Source: Lingula anatina (Eukaryota; Animalia; Brachiopoda). From it: DNA of 64,000 nt. The translations under genes and the position numbers were made by a program. The stretch lies in contig CM120641.1 in assembly GCA_051362555.1 (NCBI GenBank), positions 14,880,001 to 14,944,000 on the forward strand, in the 5' to 3' direction. This document shows, piece after piece, positions 41,904 to 54,860 of this stretch (positions are counted from its first letter, which is position 1; every line of letters starts with the position of its first letter). A model generated the notes under the pieces. That model had not been told where the DNA came from, did not search any database, and was given only the letters and a program-made list of their open reading frames with translations.

Positions 41904-42140
41904 TCCAACACCATAGTGCCACCACCACACCTGTTGCTACAGGTTTACTTCTCATGTATTCCTCTATTTTTTCGGTTTTCTTGTTCTTTTCTATCTGTCA
42001 TCGAAATATCAACCCCCCCCCCCCCCCCCCCACGTGCACGAACTGAGGCTGTTTACACATGTATCCATCTCTGTATACATTAATGAATGGTCCCCGTTAC
42101 TTGGTGCCCATATTTATAACCTAAAAGAGGGAGGGGTACG

Positions 42141-42364
42141 CAGGGGCGGATCCAGGATTATTTGAAGGGGGGGGGGGGGGGTCCGGAACGACAGGCCTTG
42201 GATGCGAAGCCGACCATCGCTCACTTGGTGTGGGGTTCGGGGCCTGTTCAAGGGCTTTGGAGAGCAAACAGTGCCCTTTGATACGGTTTAGAACTATGAT
42301 TTAGCTAGTCAAAATTCTTATTTCAAGAGGGGAATATTGATGTGATATATATATATATTTGGTG

Positions 42365-42446
<82 letters not shown>

Positions 42447-42501
42447 CAGACACCAAAGGGGGGTCAGGATCCCCCTGACCCCTCGTCTAAATCCACCGCT
42501 G
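42141..42501. mobile_element. hAT-like MITE containing a long (TA)n tract (about 42369-42444)
   Basis: Termini CAGGGGCGGATCCAG / CTAAATCCACCGCTG, G-rich subterminal runs; TSD degraded. Confidence 0.6.
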
Positions 42502-45404
42502 GGTGCGTGTGGGTCGGCAGATGTCTGTGTATCTACAACATAGTAGATATTACTCGGTATGGAAAGCAAGATTTAAATTGAATGAAACCCACTGAGTATA
42601 GCCCCGACATGTTAAATGATCGGGGAGAGAGGAGGGGTCCATTTCATTCGCTTCTCCACTTGCGTGACTCTATTATATTGTCTGACAAACATTCATCGAT
42701 GATGCGACAGTAAATGAAAGCTTTTGATCCCTATCGTGATCTCTCACATAGACGATGAGGTAACGTTACGGATATTTCATTTCATCATCCCTACCTTGCT
42801 CCATATCATTGGCAATTTAAGATAAATCAACCCACAATGTCAGTTCTGTGGGAAATTAATCACACCGCTGTGCCTGTAGCTGCTTTCAATTACACAAAAC
42901 ACTGGCGGTTTCTAAGCAAATGACGGAATCAAATTCTAAATGAATATCTACAAAATGCAGCTGGACACCATTTCAAAGGAAATGCAAGGTTTGTGACATG
43001 TGGCTTCTACGTAATTGTTCCTATCCTACAAAATGAAGTCTAATGTCACTGGTGCTCACAAAATAAAAAAGCGACTATTATGATCATTCGGAAAGGGTCT
43101 AAGTTTTTTATAAGTTCAGGGCACTATTCAACCTCGTAGATGACAGTTGTCACTCCAGAAAAAAGGTTAAAATTAGCAAGAGTTGAACATTGCAGAGAAC
43201 AACTACATTCCTTGATACAAACACCAAAACATGATGTAACGGGAACTGTACATGTATATCGGTTATATACGATATGCCTGTTGTAAGTGTCATGAAACGT
43301 GTTCATCTTGAATTGTTTACCAAGTTGGTGAACATTCTAAACAGCATTTATTCATGAAGAAAGAGAAGGATCTTTTGCATTAAACGCTCTCTCAATGTAA
43401 GAAAACAGAAGTAAGAACAGGAAAGCTGATCATGCCGAGCTTGCTCAACACCAAGGTATCTCTAACTACCTGTACAGTTTGTGTTTCTCCAGGGTTAACG
43501 TTATTCAGAAAAAAAAACATGAGAATTCGTAAAACACTAATGTTATTTCGGATTATTTTATGCATTTAAAAGTACAATATTTCACGGCAAAAAGCTATTA
43601 TAAGACTATTCAAGAGTGTTTCAGAACATTTAGCACCGCCATCTTCAGTCTATTAAATGTCAAACGGATCAGTACAAACTTTGCTTGAACAAGGTTTATT
43701 TTCATATCAACTAGAGTGAAAAACCCGCTGTTTCTGTATATAAATACTGAGATCAGATCTCAAAGATAAAGATCTCAGCTGATGTTGTTTGGATCGAGAT
43801 ATCAAGCAGATAAACATATAAATATGTGCGATGGAGCCTTCAGTTAATGCTCCATGGTTTATTGAGAGATTAACCAACCGCTTTTTATTCATCACGAATA
43901 GCTTCTTCATATTACCCAAGAAGTCTATCAATCAAAATAACATAAACGTGATCACTTGGCATAGCTGATATTTTCATAATTAACAAGGACTTTAATGAGC
44001 CTCCTTAACTACCATGCCTGCTGCGGGCGAGACGGAAGAGATGGTAAAGATACTCCCCAAGAGCTTTGTAATTGGTCAGCTCGCGCTTTTATCCTTTTTT
44101 TTTCTGTAACCAACGGTTGGTTTCTGGGCTACCTAATTGGGTTGATTAACTTTGACAATGCTCATAAATCCTCATCGTGCTGTTATACAGACGTTGTTCA
44201 TGTGACGATGATGAATTGCACATGGTTGTACTGTGATTAGCGTATTGTAATTGTATGCTGTTACTTGTCTTTTGTATCCAGGAAGACGGTTGGACGTTGT
44301 TACGTGGTATAACATTCTAGGAATGATGCACGTGGGTGCTTGATTGTAGCATACATTGACTAGTTCCGACGAAGGACCCACGTCACGGGGATTACTCCGG
44401 GCAATAAAGGTGATCATACTAAGAGCAGGGAGATTAGTTGTCATTTCATTTATTAGATAAAAAAGATTAATGTCTGTATAAAAAATGCCAATGAAGTGAT
44501 AAAACAGCATAGCTAATTTCAGAAACAAATTCTAAACGGCCCATAAACATTTATGACGACAAAAATATCGGTTAGCAAGATATTGGTCTTTTGTTAATAT
44601 ATACGCAGTAGAATCCAGAAGTATGTAACATAAGCCTGCGTAATCTCATCTCATCTCAACGATGCTCGTCATTTTCTCCATTTTCCAATGTCTTCATACT
44701 GATTGTTAATTGAATAAGCACAGTGAATGATCTATTGCATAACGTCTTGCGATCTGAATACTACAGGTAAGAGTGTTTCTTTAGAAAAATGACGAATTGC
44801 ATGCATTATAAGTATCTTCGTGTGACATTATATGCAAAATACGTATGATGTAAGCGCTAAGGATGCATGATATAATTCGCAGCCCAGCCCACCGAGGTAG
44901 GGCTAGGATCCAATATAAGGAGGATTAGAATACAGGCTTGGCCAACACATTTGGCTTACCTACCAGTCTATACTCTCAAACGCCACCGATTTTTCGCGGG
45001 GGAGATAGTTGGGTGGTTATTCATCGCCAGCATCCAGGTTTGTTTCGTTATCAGGTCAGTTTTTTCTGAAAATGCTTTTAATTCGATGGGAATATAAATT
45101 GGAAGGAAGTCGTGGATAAACCGGATGAAGCGGGTAGGCGGTGTAAATATACTTGTACCTCACACTCTACATGCTGGTATATACCGGCTTGTCTTTTGAA
45201 CGGTCTTAAAGTATGCAAAGTGAAAAAGGTATAAAATTCTTTTATTTCATATTAATAAACAAAAGTAATTATTGGCTTTAACGTGAAATGTTTTGTCGTA
45301 AGAAAAAAAAAACGCATTAATACTTGCAAAAAACAGTTGAAGGCTTGAGTTTTAAAATAGCACACGCTTTTGAACACGCTGTAACCACAAATAACCTCGC
45401 TCGC

Positions 45405-45479
45405 TCTTCTTCTTCTTCTCTCTCTCTCTTTCTCTCTCTTACTCTCTCTCTCTCTCTGTCTCACACACACACACACACA
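45405..45479. repeat. Compound (CTT)/(CT)/(CA) microsatellite
   Basis: Directly visible. Confidence 0.9.
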
Positions 45480-46335
45480 TCATTTCGTATATATCGCCAT
45501 GAACGTACATCTAGGAATCGTTGAAAAATATCCCAATTAATTTGCCTCCAATTTCAATTACAATTGCCATGGTGGCTTCTACCTTAACAAATTACGGCAA
45601 AATTGCGGTCATTTATTTTGAGAAACAAAAATTAAATAATGATGTATTTCACAATCGCTCACGCTTTTGTAGAGATATTAGACAGGCCTGTGGGAACAAA
45701 TGGGGTAAAGGCTTTACTGGAAGAAAGGCTAAATAGTTTGTGATATTTATTGTGCGTGTCCACAGGCAAATTATCACCGCTTCTTGGAATCAATATTGAT
45801 ATGCCCAGCTACTAAAGAGCAGTGCAAACGTATTTCACAGAGCGAGGCTTAAAATTTTTGATATCCACCTTGCTTCCACTTTACTTATACAATGTACCTT
45901 GCAAGCCCGGTATTGTTCATAATGACCATACATTACAATGGCTATCAAAGCAACATTTACGTCATTGATAGACCCGACAGATATGGAGTGTGCGTGTGTT
46001 GTTAGATATATAGGATACAGTGATGAATTGAAAATACTTTTTGAAAAACTCCTGAGGAGAGACGACGTTACTGTAAAAATACAAGTGAGCTTTGTGCCTT
46101 GCTGTCGTAGCGTAGATCTGTCTTCTACTTATTTAAATATTTATTTAATTTGCTAATGCTTTACATACAGATACAGCGATTGCCGGAAATAAAAAACACC
46201 ATTGGCATCATATGGGTGTTTTTATCGAAATCATTTTGACTTCCTCGTTTGTACTTTCAGGTTGATGGAGACGTAGCCTTTAGCTATTAAGAAAAAAATT
46301 GGCCACTTTCCCCCACAGTTTCCGACAAACCCGCC

Positions 46336-48040
46336 ATGATGGAAACCTACAGTGCAATGTTCCTCACGGAAAACACCACCTGGTCCGGGCCCTCATACGA
46401 CGTGATCTCCACCGAAATGGTCTCTACGACAGTGGGGAACACGACTGATAACCATACCACCGAGTCCACTGCCAAGCGGGACATGGCCAACGCTAAAATG
46501 ATCGTGCTGGGGATAATACTTTTTCTAGCCATTGTCGAAAATCTATTTGTCATCATTACGCTGTTTTTCCGGAGACAAAAACTAAGTCGAATGTTGGTGT
46601 ACATTTTTCACCTGAGCATCGCAGATTTACTGAGCGCTCTCTTGGGGACTTTACCAGAACTTGTGGTTGGGATAACAGTAAGATTTTTGGGCGGGGACTT
46701 TCTGTGTAAAATATACAAGTATTGTCAGTTAGTATCCATGTACGCGTCTGGGTACGTGCTCGTAATGACGGCGGTGGACCGATACCTTGCCATCTGCTAC
46801 CCGCTTCGAAGCCAGAAATGGAGCCCCCGAAAAGCACACATGATGGTGGCCATCGCATGGGGTATTATTTTAGTCTTGAGTGTCCCTCCCTTTTTCATAT
46901 TTGGTCTGGCACCCAATAAATACGGTCTGATGGATTGTATGGAGTACTTCGTCCACCCAGAATGGAGCATCCAAGTCTACGTAACCTGGCTTGCTTTCTC
47001 CGTTTGGTTCTTGCCGATGGCCATTTTGATTTTCACCTACGGCCGAATCTCGTACGTGGTGTGGATCAACGTTAAGTCAAAAGAAACGCCATCAGTGAAG
47101 AGCGTCAGCGCCCGCACGAGCTACAAATCTCAACAACATGACGACGTTAAAGCCATGACCAATGGGACTTACCCGCCAAGGACCCCTCGGGCACACGTCC
47201 AGAGATTGTCCAGGGCGAAACTAAAGACCATCAAACTGACACTGACCGTGGTCATCGTATACGCTATGTGTTGGTCCCCGTTCTTCATTACCCACTTGTT
47301 GTACGCCTTCAATGCTAAGTTGGCTAGTGGAAGTAAGTATTTTGCTTTTTGCAGTCACGTCCAAATTTGTTTTGAAATATATGAGAATATCTATATTTTT
47401 ATTTCAGTCTTATCATTCTTGGAATAGCACATTTACAAATAATCGTTTGCGCATTTGGTAGGATTTTTTTATTTCTTTTTGTAAGGACCTTTGCTTCCAT
47501 AATTTGAATAGTAATAACTTATATTAACTCCATTATTATTTTAATCTAATAAGTATCTACACTAATCAGTAAAAGGGCTGTTTTATAGCAACATAATAAT
47601 AATAACAATAATAATATTAAACATCATAATAAAATTTTAAAATTCGAATAATTTATCTAGTGACAGAGTGAGAGCGCTTGGTGGAAATGTTTATTATTTT
47701 TATTTTAGCTTCCAATTTGCTATTGATGAACCTCATGATGATGCTAGGGAACCTTAACAGCTGCACAAACCCTTGGATATATCTCTGTTTTATCGACGGT
47801 CTAAAGAACCGCATATGTCGACGGCGACAGCCTCCCCCAAGGAATAACTCGACCTTCTCCAGCACCATGAGGTCCACGCGAATGACATCGATAAAATCGT
47901 CGCCGATGTCAGCGCTAAAGCACGATCTGAGTACGGAGAGAAATGACATATTGCTTAAACAAATGTCAAAGTCAGACCTGGCACGAGAGGACAAACCGGT
48001 CATACGTGAAGAGTCGGATTCCTTGTTTACGAGTATGTAG
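46336..48040 (+). CDS. Vasopressin/oxytocin-type neuropeptide GPCR (conopressin/cephalotocin-receptor-like), join(46336..47332,47709..48040), 442 aa
   Basis: Kozak-like GCCATG. Seven TM segments with HLSIADL, LCKIYKYCQ, DRYLAICYPL, YVTW, PRAH...SRAKLKTIKLTL, CWSPFF and NLNSCTNPWIY. Phase-1 GT-AG intron 47333-47708 between TM6 and TM7, the family-typical position. Acceptor TTTCAG at 46260 marks a spliced 5' UTR. Confidence 0.95.
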
Positions 48041-50047
48041 CGATGGACCTTCGTCATAGCTGGATATTACTTAACATTAAGGGGACAAGCAAGGTATACA
48101 CTTGAAAATGCGGAACGGTGTTCGTGGCTGGGTTTTCGTATGAACCTAGCAGATAACTAAGGACAAAGAATTTTAATGCTGCACTCTGTCTTATGTACAA
48201 GTTTTTCGATGCCACGTGAAAGCGAGAGTAATGTAATATCTAATCGGAACTGTTTTCCGCACAAAACCAATTGAACGTGAAAAGACATGCATAGAAAACG
48301 CACTCGGAGCAAGTGATAAGCGTAAAATACATAATGAATACTCAGAATGGCATTTTACTCTATAACAATTGCAAATACAAGTGAAGACGACCTGAATCAT
48401 TACTGTAAAATCGATTCTTTAGATTATCAAAGATCCTTTAGTTTTTTCCCAAAAAAATGCTTTATACGCCATATCTTTCTGTAAAACATTTAAAAATGAG
48501 GGGACCTTTTATTGGTTTTGTTCCTTGGGTCAAAATAGAGGGGGACTCCGGGATGGTTGGTCGCTGTAAGTCTAAGTGCACAATATATGTATATTATTGA
48601 CTGTTCGATCCCTGATGTTTAACGCTGTTGTTGTTAATCTGCATGTGTAGAAGCTGCCTTTTTCAGGTGAAAGAGAATGGTCAAAATGGCGTCGGCTTCT
48701 GCTTACCGATGGAGGTAGGCCTACTTGGGAGTCAATGTTTGATGTATAAGAGGGAGGGAAAGGGGGGTGGGTGATACATTAAGGTTAATTATTATAAAAA
48801 AATTGCGATGACTTGGAGTCTTGCAAATCAATCATTGTGAGTGATTTTTAGTGAAATATGAATGATTTCACACGCATTTCTTGGCAAAAGCATTTGTAAT
48901 TTTATCTTGATATATTTTTGTAGAAAAAGTGTTATGAAATTTATTATACTTGTCGAAATGGAAATTGTAGTGTTGTATGTATCATATGTTGGGTTTTGTA
49001 AATACACGATACTCGGTATGTATCTCTGTAGAAAACCATGGCTTAATAACTCTTTGTGTTTCAGTGTGTTTGCGATAATACATATCACAATGCCAGTTGT
49101 AGCTTTATTAATTACGTGCTTTTTTTAACGGCCACCTCCTCATCTGACGTCTGGGACTGAAAAGCAAAGGGTAAAATATGTATGTAGTTTATCTGCAAAA
49201 AACAACAAATGAATAACATCGAGAGATATTTCTAAAGATGATAAAGAACAATTTACATATTTTTTCTATAGTTTTATGTACAATTGTATGTATAAACGTT
49301 ACCGATTCCATGTAAGAAACACACGGCTTCATATAGGCAAGGGCACTGACATTTGACATTTTTCTGATTGGAAATCTTTTGTTCAACACGAAACATATGT
49401 ATACCTTACGCACTTAGATGATTGGAGTGTCAGTCTCAATGTGGCGCTTGCTAAATTAGAGTTATAGTAATTATATATAAAAGAAAAACTATATTTTTCA
49501 ATAATCCGTTGCTTATGAGATCACGCCATTCATCCATAATCCAAGCACAGTGTATTGAATAATAGTGTAAATATCATCAAAGCGTGCAACAGAGACTGGG
49601 ATTCTATTACTTTCGGTCATTTGACTAGCCCAAAGGCAGACTCTGACCCGGTGCTTCGACAAAAGAGGAGAGGAGACACGCAGCCAACAGAATCATGCTC
49701 CACGAACGTCTAACTGCAAAAACGCCCCAAGTTAAACCAATTTTCCAACCATTTCCATCGCAAAGGGGGTGTGTGGGGTGAGAATGAAAAGAAAGCAAAG
49801 AAAAGGCAGCCCTTTTCACGCCCTAGACCAGCCCCTTCTTCATGTAGGTTCATCTATTATATTTGAGCTCGATATGTAGGATATATATGATATGTACGTT
49901 TAAAGCAGCTGATATTTTGGCGGCCAGTGCGAGCGGGCCTTGGATTCAAAACAATGCTTTATAGTGTGAGTATGTGTCTAATTTGTTATATTCACCGCAG
50001 CAAATTTTCTGTTGACACTTTTTTTGTATAAATATAGTATCTGTGAC

Positions 50048-50053
50048 AATAAA
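50048..50053 (+). terminator. Candidate polyadenylation signal of the receptor gene
   Basis: AATAAA followed by a GT/T-rich tract about 2 kb after the stop; assignment is inference. Confidence 0.4.
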
Positions 50054-51339
50054 TACAAAAAAAGAACGATGTTGTTCTTTTAACTTTAATATCCACAAAG
50101 ATGTGCGACATTATTATTTAGCACTTGACACTTTGGTTTAAGGGTTGAGGTTGAACCTATACCTCTATAATCTGAAATGATTTTGGGCTTAATTCAAGAT
50201 ACAAATTTCTTTATTTCATGACCAAAAATTGATAAAGGGAGAAGGAAAAATAGAATTCAAGATCCCAGGTAAATGATGATCCCTAGCCACAGGAGTAGTC
50301 ATTCCTAGCAGTGCGCTTTAAACTATAGATTATAAGAATGTTGAGGACATGTTCAAATTTGGAAATCATTAAAAAAAAATAAATTGACGTAAATGAAATC
50401 TTTGAATTGGTGATTTCAATAATAAAAAGGGCAGCTCCAATACATGACATTGTACTCAGAGGCCGATTGATTGTTTGTAATTTTGACACATTTTTTATGG
50501 TGTAACAATAGTCATAAAAATCTTACGACTAAGATCTGCCCGACTACAACATACTACAAATCCCTCTGACAATGCCTCTGCTTTCTCTGCTCTCCTCCTT
50601 ATCTCTGCCTCCCTTCCATCCTTGCACCTCTTTCCTTTTTTGCCACTCCTTTTTCTGCTTGTCTGCCGTCTGTCTGGTTTCCAGTCAGTTCATCCGTCTG
50701 TCACTCAGTCATCCTTCCCCTTTCCCCGTCAGTCCGTCCGTCCGTTCGACCGTCCGCCCGACCAACCGTCTGCCTGTCTTTGCCCCTTCCGTCAGTCTCT
50801 TTATTAGCGTTTTCTTGAGTTCTGTGGCACTGGATAACCTTTGCCGCCCATGTCGAGTGATTGCCTGGAGTGATTGATATGATCTTTTAATTGAGCTGTT
50901 ATTACACGCGTTGTGTTACAAATGCCCACGGTAAATCTGTTCTTTAGAATATCAAATTGACCTTTTGCATGTCGGCGTGACTAGTATGAACGGCATTTGC
51001 ACCTACAAATTAATTTGCCGAAGCTTAAATTACTTTTCTGTATTTTCAGGAAAACCAATGTTCTCATACTACAGAATTGCTTTGAACAATCAAATTGGGT
51101 TGAGCAAAAGTGATTATCAAACAATTTGATAAAAATAGATGTTATTTGTACATGAGGGCATTTTTGAAGAATTAATTGAAAGAACTTTATCCTATGAAAT
51201 GTCATGTCATACTATACCCTGCAAGAACAACCCTTTATCTAATCTTATAGAAACTGACACAAGCAGTGTGTTGTTCGCAAAATGTTATCTTTAATAATAT
51301 TAATACATTGTAAATAACACGTGAAAAAAATAATAAATT

Positions 51340-51578
51340 TAACCACCAAAACGGCGGTTATTGCAATTATTCTGAAATATGTGCTTGCCATCGGACCACG
51401 TGGACCTTTATAGATGGCTACCCTCTGTAATTTTATCTTAAAAGATTATTACACAAAACCATCGACTAACTTTGAATATCGGTTCGGATTCAATAACCAT
51501 TGGAAAGGTTGGGAGAATTGTCGTTTACAACAGGAAACTCCGTTTTAAGACCCAAAATGAACTCTTGTTATCCCTTTA
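51340..51578 (-). mobile_element. Diverged partial copy of the Kolobok-like element at 39932, inverted
   Basis: Reverse complement aligns by eye with 39928-40190 (TTAAAGGGGATAA..., GTAAACRACAATT, CCAATGGTTA, TTCAAAGTTAG, TAGCCATC, TCAGAATAAT). Confidence 0.7.
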
Positions 51579-51649
51579 AAGATATTTATACAAAGTATTT
51601 GACGTGCGGATTAAAGTACAACGGTACCGTGCACACGAGCGAGCGTCTG

Positions 51650-51670
51650 TCTGTGTGTATGTGTGTGTTT

Positions 51671-51706
<36 letters not shown>

Positions 51707-51716
51707 TGCGTGCGTC
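51650..51716. repeat. (GT)n microsatellite
   Basis: Directly visible. Confidence 0.9.
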
Positions 51717-52197
51717 CGAGTGTGTTAGGTTGAACAAAAGCGATTATGTGTGTCCGTGCATGTGTTTATGTGCGTGATACTGTGTCCATTCATGTCTTTG
51801 TGTATTTCTGTTTGTTTTGTTAACGTGCATGCGCGTGCATGGCCTTATGTATGTGGTTTAATTTATGAAGACTAATGATGACAATCATATATTAAAAGTA
51901 GAATTGCACAGTCAGTATAACTTTACGTGCCTGGTGTCAAAAGCGAAGTGACCCATTTTTTTCTTTCAAAAGGAGCCACATGACGCCGTTTCAACGTGTT
52001 GGCCACAACATTAGTGGTTCTCATTTGCCAATGGAATTAAAATTAACCCTAAGCATAACATCTAATCTCCAAAACTGTCAACTCATTTTGCAAACTAAGT
52101 TATACCAGTACATATACTACTATATCTTATCGCTCTCCCTGGTATACAATGCCATGTTTATCACATGGGAGGTCCGATATCACTGATCAGAGGCAAA

Positions 52198-52204
52198 TAT
52201 AAGA
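52198..52204 (+). promoter_or_regulatory. Candidate TATA box of the secreted-protein gene
   Basis: TATAAGA 79 nt upstream of the ATG at 52277. Confidence 0.4.
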
Positions 52205-52276
52205 GCTGACCAGATAATAAGCAGATCATTTTTGGATAAAAATCCCCACTGTTTACAATCAAGGAAGAACGAGGAA

Positions 52277-53298
52277 ATGTTGAAAGGCGTTATTCTATTG
52301 CTGGTGGTAGGTTTGGTCCACCATATCAGGGCGACTGAAAGTGACGACCGTAAGTAATAACAGAGGCATAACTAACGCAAAAGCTGTTCAGTTCGCGTTT
52401 GTTTGTATTGTTTCGGTAAGGAAGGGTGTTGGGAACGAGTGATTTCAGATGACTTAAGCCAATTTTCTTAATTGCATAAACATGAATATATCTAATGGCA
52501 ATATCGGGTATGATAGAGCTAAGTAATGATCACAAAGTAGAGTACATGAGACTTGTCTCCATCCTGTGTGCCTGATTCTGTTTTTTTCCAGTTGGCAGCA
52601 CCAAAGGGTGCACAGCGAAGGCGGACAAGGCACATTGCTGGGCACAATTTCGATATAAACAATGGCCAATCGATTTCAATGCTACAAGTGAGACTTGCAA
52701 ATATTCACCTTACAACAAATTACAAAAACAATAATAATAATAATAATACTTAAAACCGCGTAACTTGTGAGGATGATGAGCCTGACGTGCAAAGACATTA
52801 AATCTTATTAAATTGTATTAGAGAACTGTTTATTATCAGATGTGACGCGTAAAGTAAAACCTACACGCACTGCTTATGTACGCCTCTTCTTTGCATATTT
52901 GTGTGCAATTAAATCCAGATGGTCACAAATGGAGAATTACGTAAATAATTGTCTAACTTCTTGAGTAAGTCCGTATCTTAAGCAAATGCAAATCGTCTTA
53001 TACACTAATATCATTCTACAAATTGTTTTCAGTCGAAGTAAACTTGACACTGGTGTCTCCTCAGGTAAGTTCTAAATGTGTGCAAACCATATGCAAAAGA
53101 CACTTATAGGAGCAGGCCATAGGCAGCAACTACACTGAACTTTCCTGAGGTCATCAAGGCGTTTAAATGTTATATTTTTTTTACTTTTCACCACCGCCCT
53201 CAACTCGGTAATTTAAATGCACATATATTAGTAAGTTTTATTGTTCCCTTAACCGTTTTTTTCCCTCAAGTACTAAAATTCATTCTGAGGTGTTAATC

Positions 53299-53337
<39 letters not shown>

Positions 53338-54860
53338 TTTTATTTTATTTTATTTTATTTATTTATTTTTATTTTTGTAACTAGACACTTCGGCTGATAC
53401 TGATTGGTGATCATAAAGAATTAAAGGACGTCACTTTACCCAGTAAGATTTTCTTATTCATTAAGAGCTTTCACTTAACCAAACCTACACTGTAATAGAT
53501 CTGAGTTATTTTAAAAGTGTATGTGTTAAAAGATTAGAAATAATCAACTGTGAAAAGATATTGAATAAAAATATATAGTTTTTATTCACAATGGACAGTA
53601 TCTTATTTTAACAGGAATGTGATTCAACATATACTGGTACTAGTACAGGCCCGTAGCCAGGAGGGGTTCGGGGGGTTCGAAAGAACCACCCCTTTTGTCA
53701 GGAAAAGGTCCATTTTGGGTAAAATTTCATTTAAGTACACGTAAGTTTCATTGTAAAAGGTCCATTTTTTCAGAAAAAGAACCCCCCTTTTGAATTTGCT
53801 GGCTACGGGCCTGTAGTATGATATACACCTAGACAACACACATTTTGATAATATATCCTTGCCACAGTCTGTATTGTAAAAAATTGTCTTTTAAGCTTCA
53901 AAAGTTCCGGATGCAGTTTGTGACGAAGTGTCTGACACGTCCATATGGTGCGTCAGTTTCAAACAGTGGTCTTCACAGAACGGAGGTCTATCAGCAAACA
54001 CAATATTCACCTTCAAGCTGAAGTACGCTCCGCTCACCTCTACCATCAATGCAGGTTCTTGGGCATTATCTAAGAAACTCAGCTCAAGGTACGTTTCCAT
54101 TTCAATCTCCACATGCATTAGAACCTACACTAAATCCATGGTGTAAAAACAGAATGAATACTTCTTTTTTTACATTTTGACAACTTTAACCTGGCATTCT
54201 ATAGTACAAGCAGTAGCAGCTTTTAGTGGCAGATTCTGAAATTGGCTTCGGCTACAGGTTTGAGGTGTACGAGACTACTGTCTGATAGTTGAATCTCAGA
54301 GAAGAGAATGCTTAAGGAACTTTGGTGGGAATAAAAAGTTAAGAGGCGACCATATATCGTGTTAACAACTTAAAATACGACATTAGTAAAATTCGATTAA
54401 TTTATTCAATCATTTCAAGTATTTCACCTACTTTTGAAGTTGCTATTATTTCATAGACTAAACAAAATGTAACTATGTCTTTACTATTGCAAATTTTCAA
54501 ACACAATACAAGAAGATTTAATGCAATCAAACCATATAACATTAGGCTTTTTAAGATAGCGCTGCTTGTGACACCTCATTGTTATCAAGCACAACCCTTC
54601 AGTGTCACAGCTACCACATTGTGCCACATTTTTTTACGTTAAAAAAATATTTTTTTAAAAACCCGGTACCGACGACGAAACGTATATTGGAAATAATATC
54701 GCATCATTCCAAGTTAATGCCTCTCGCAAAGCATCTGCAAAACATCACATTGTATACAATGGTATACTCGTATCTTTATTATCCTTCTGCTTTTCTGTTT
54801 TATTTTTCAAGGTTACATTTCAACAAATATGTGCGCATGCGTGCAGAACCCAGTGTCTAA
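52277..54860 (+). CDS. Uncharacterised 134-aa secreted protein, join(52277..52349,53033..53064,53385..53442,53896..54088,54812..54860)
   Basis: All four introns are GT-AG (GTAAGT, GTAAGT, GTAAGA, GTACGT) with pyrimidine-rich acceptors. Phases 1,0,1,2 close into a 405-nt stop-free frame. N-terminus MLKGVILLLVVGLVHHIRA is a typical signal peptide. AATAAA at 55186 and 55204. Confidence 0.82.
53299..53376. repeat. (TTAT)n/(TTTTA)n microsatellite forming the acceptor tract of exon 3
   Basis: Directly visible. Confidence 0.9.
53646..53813. mobile_element. 168-bp hAT-like MITE in intron 3 of the secreted-protein gene
   Basis: Perfect 15-bp TIRs CAGGCCCGTAGCCAG / CTGGCTACGGGCCTG with TAGTA on both sides. 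Confidence 0.85.

Noticed and set aside
42318-42581. (IY)n ORFs on both strands
   Set aside because: Translations of a (TA)n microsatellite.
46347-46919. Antisense and alternative-frame ORFs over the receptor exon
   Set aside because: Shadows of the GC-richer real coding sequence.
47333-47427. C-terminal tail of the 363-aa ORF (SKYFAFCSHV...)
   Set aside because: Intron read-through; a GTAAGT donor at 47333 splices in frame to the TM7 exon at 47709.
52277-54860. Secreted gene as the vasopressin/conopressin precursor for the adjacent receptor
   Set aside because: No CxxxNCPxG-GKR nonapeptide and no Cys-rich neurophysin domain.
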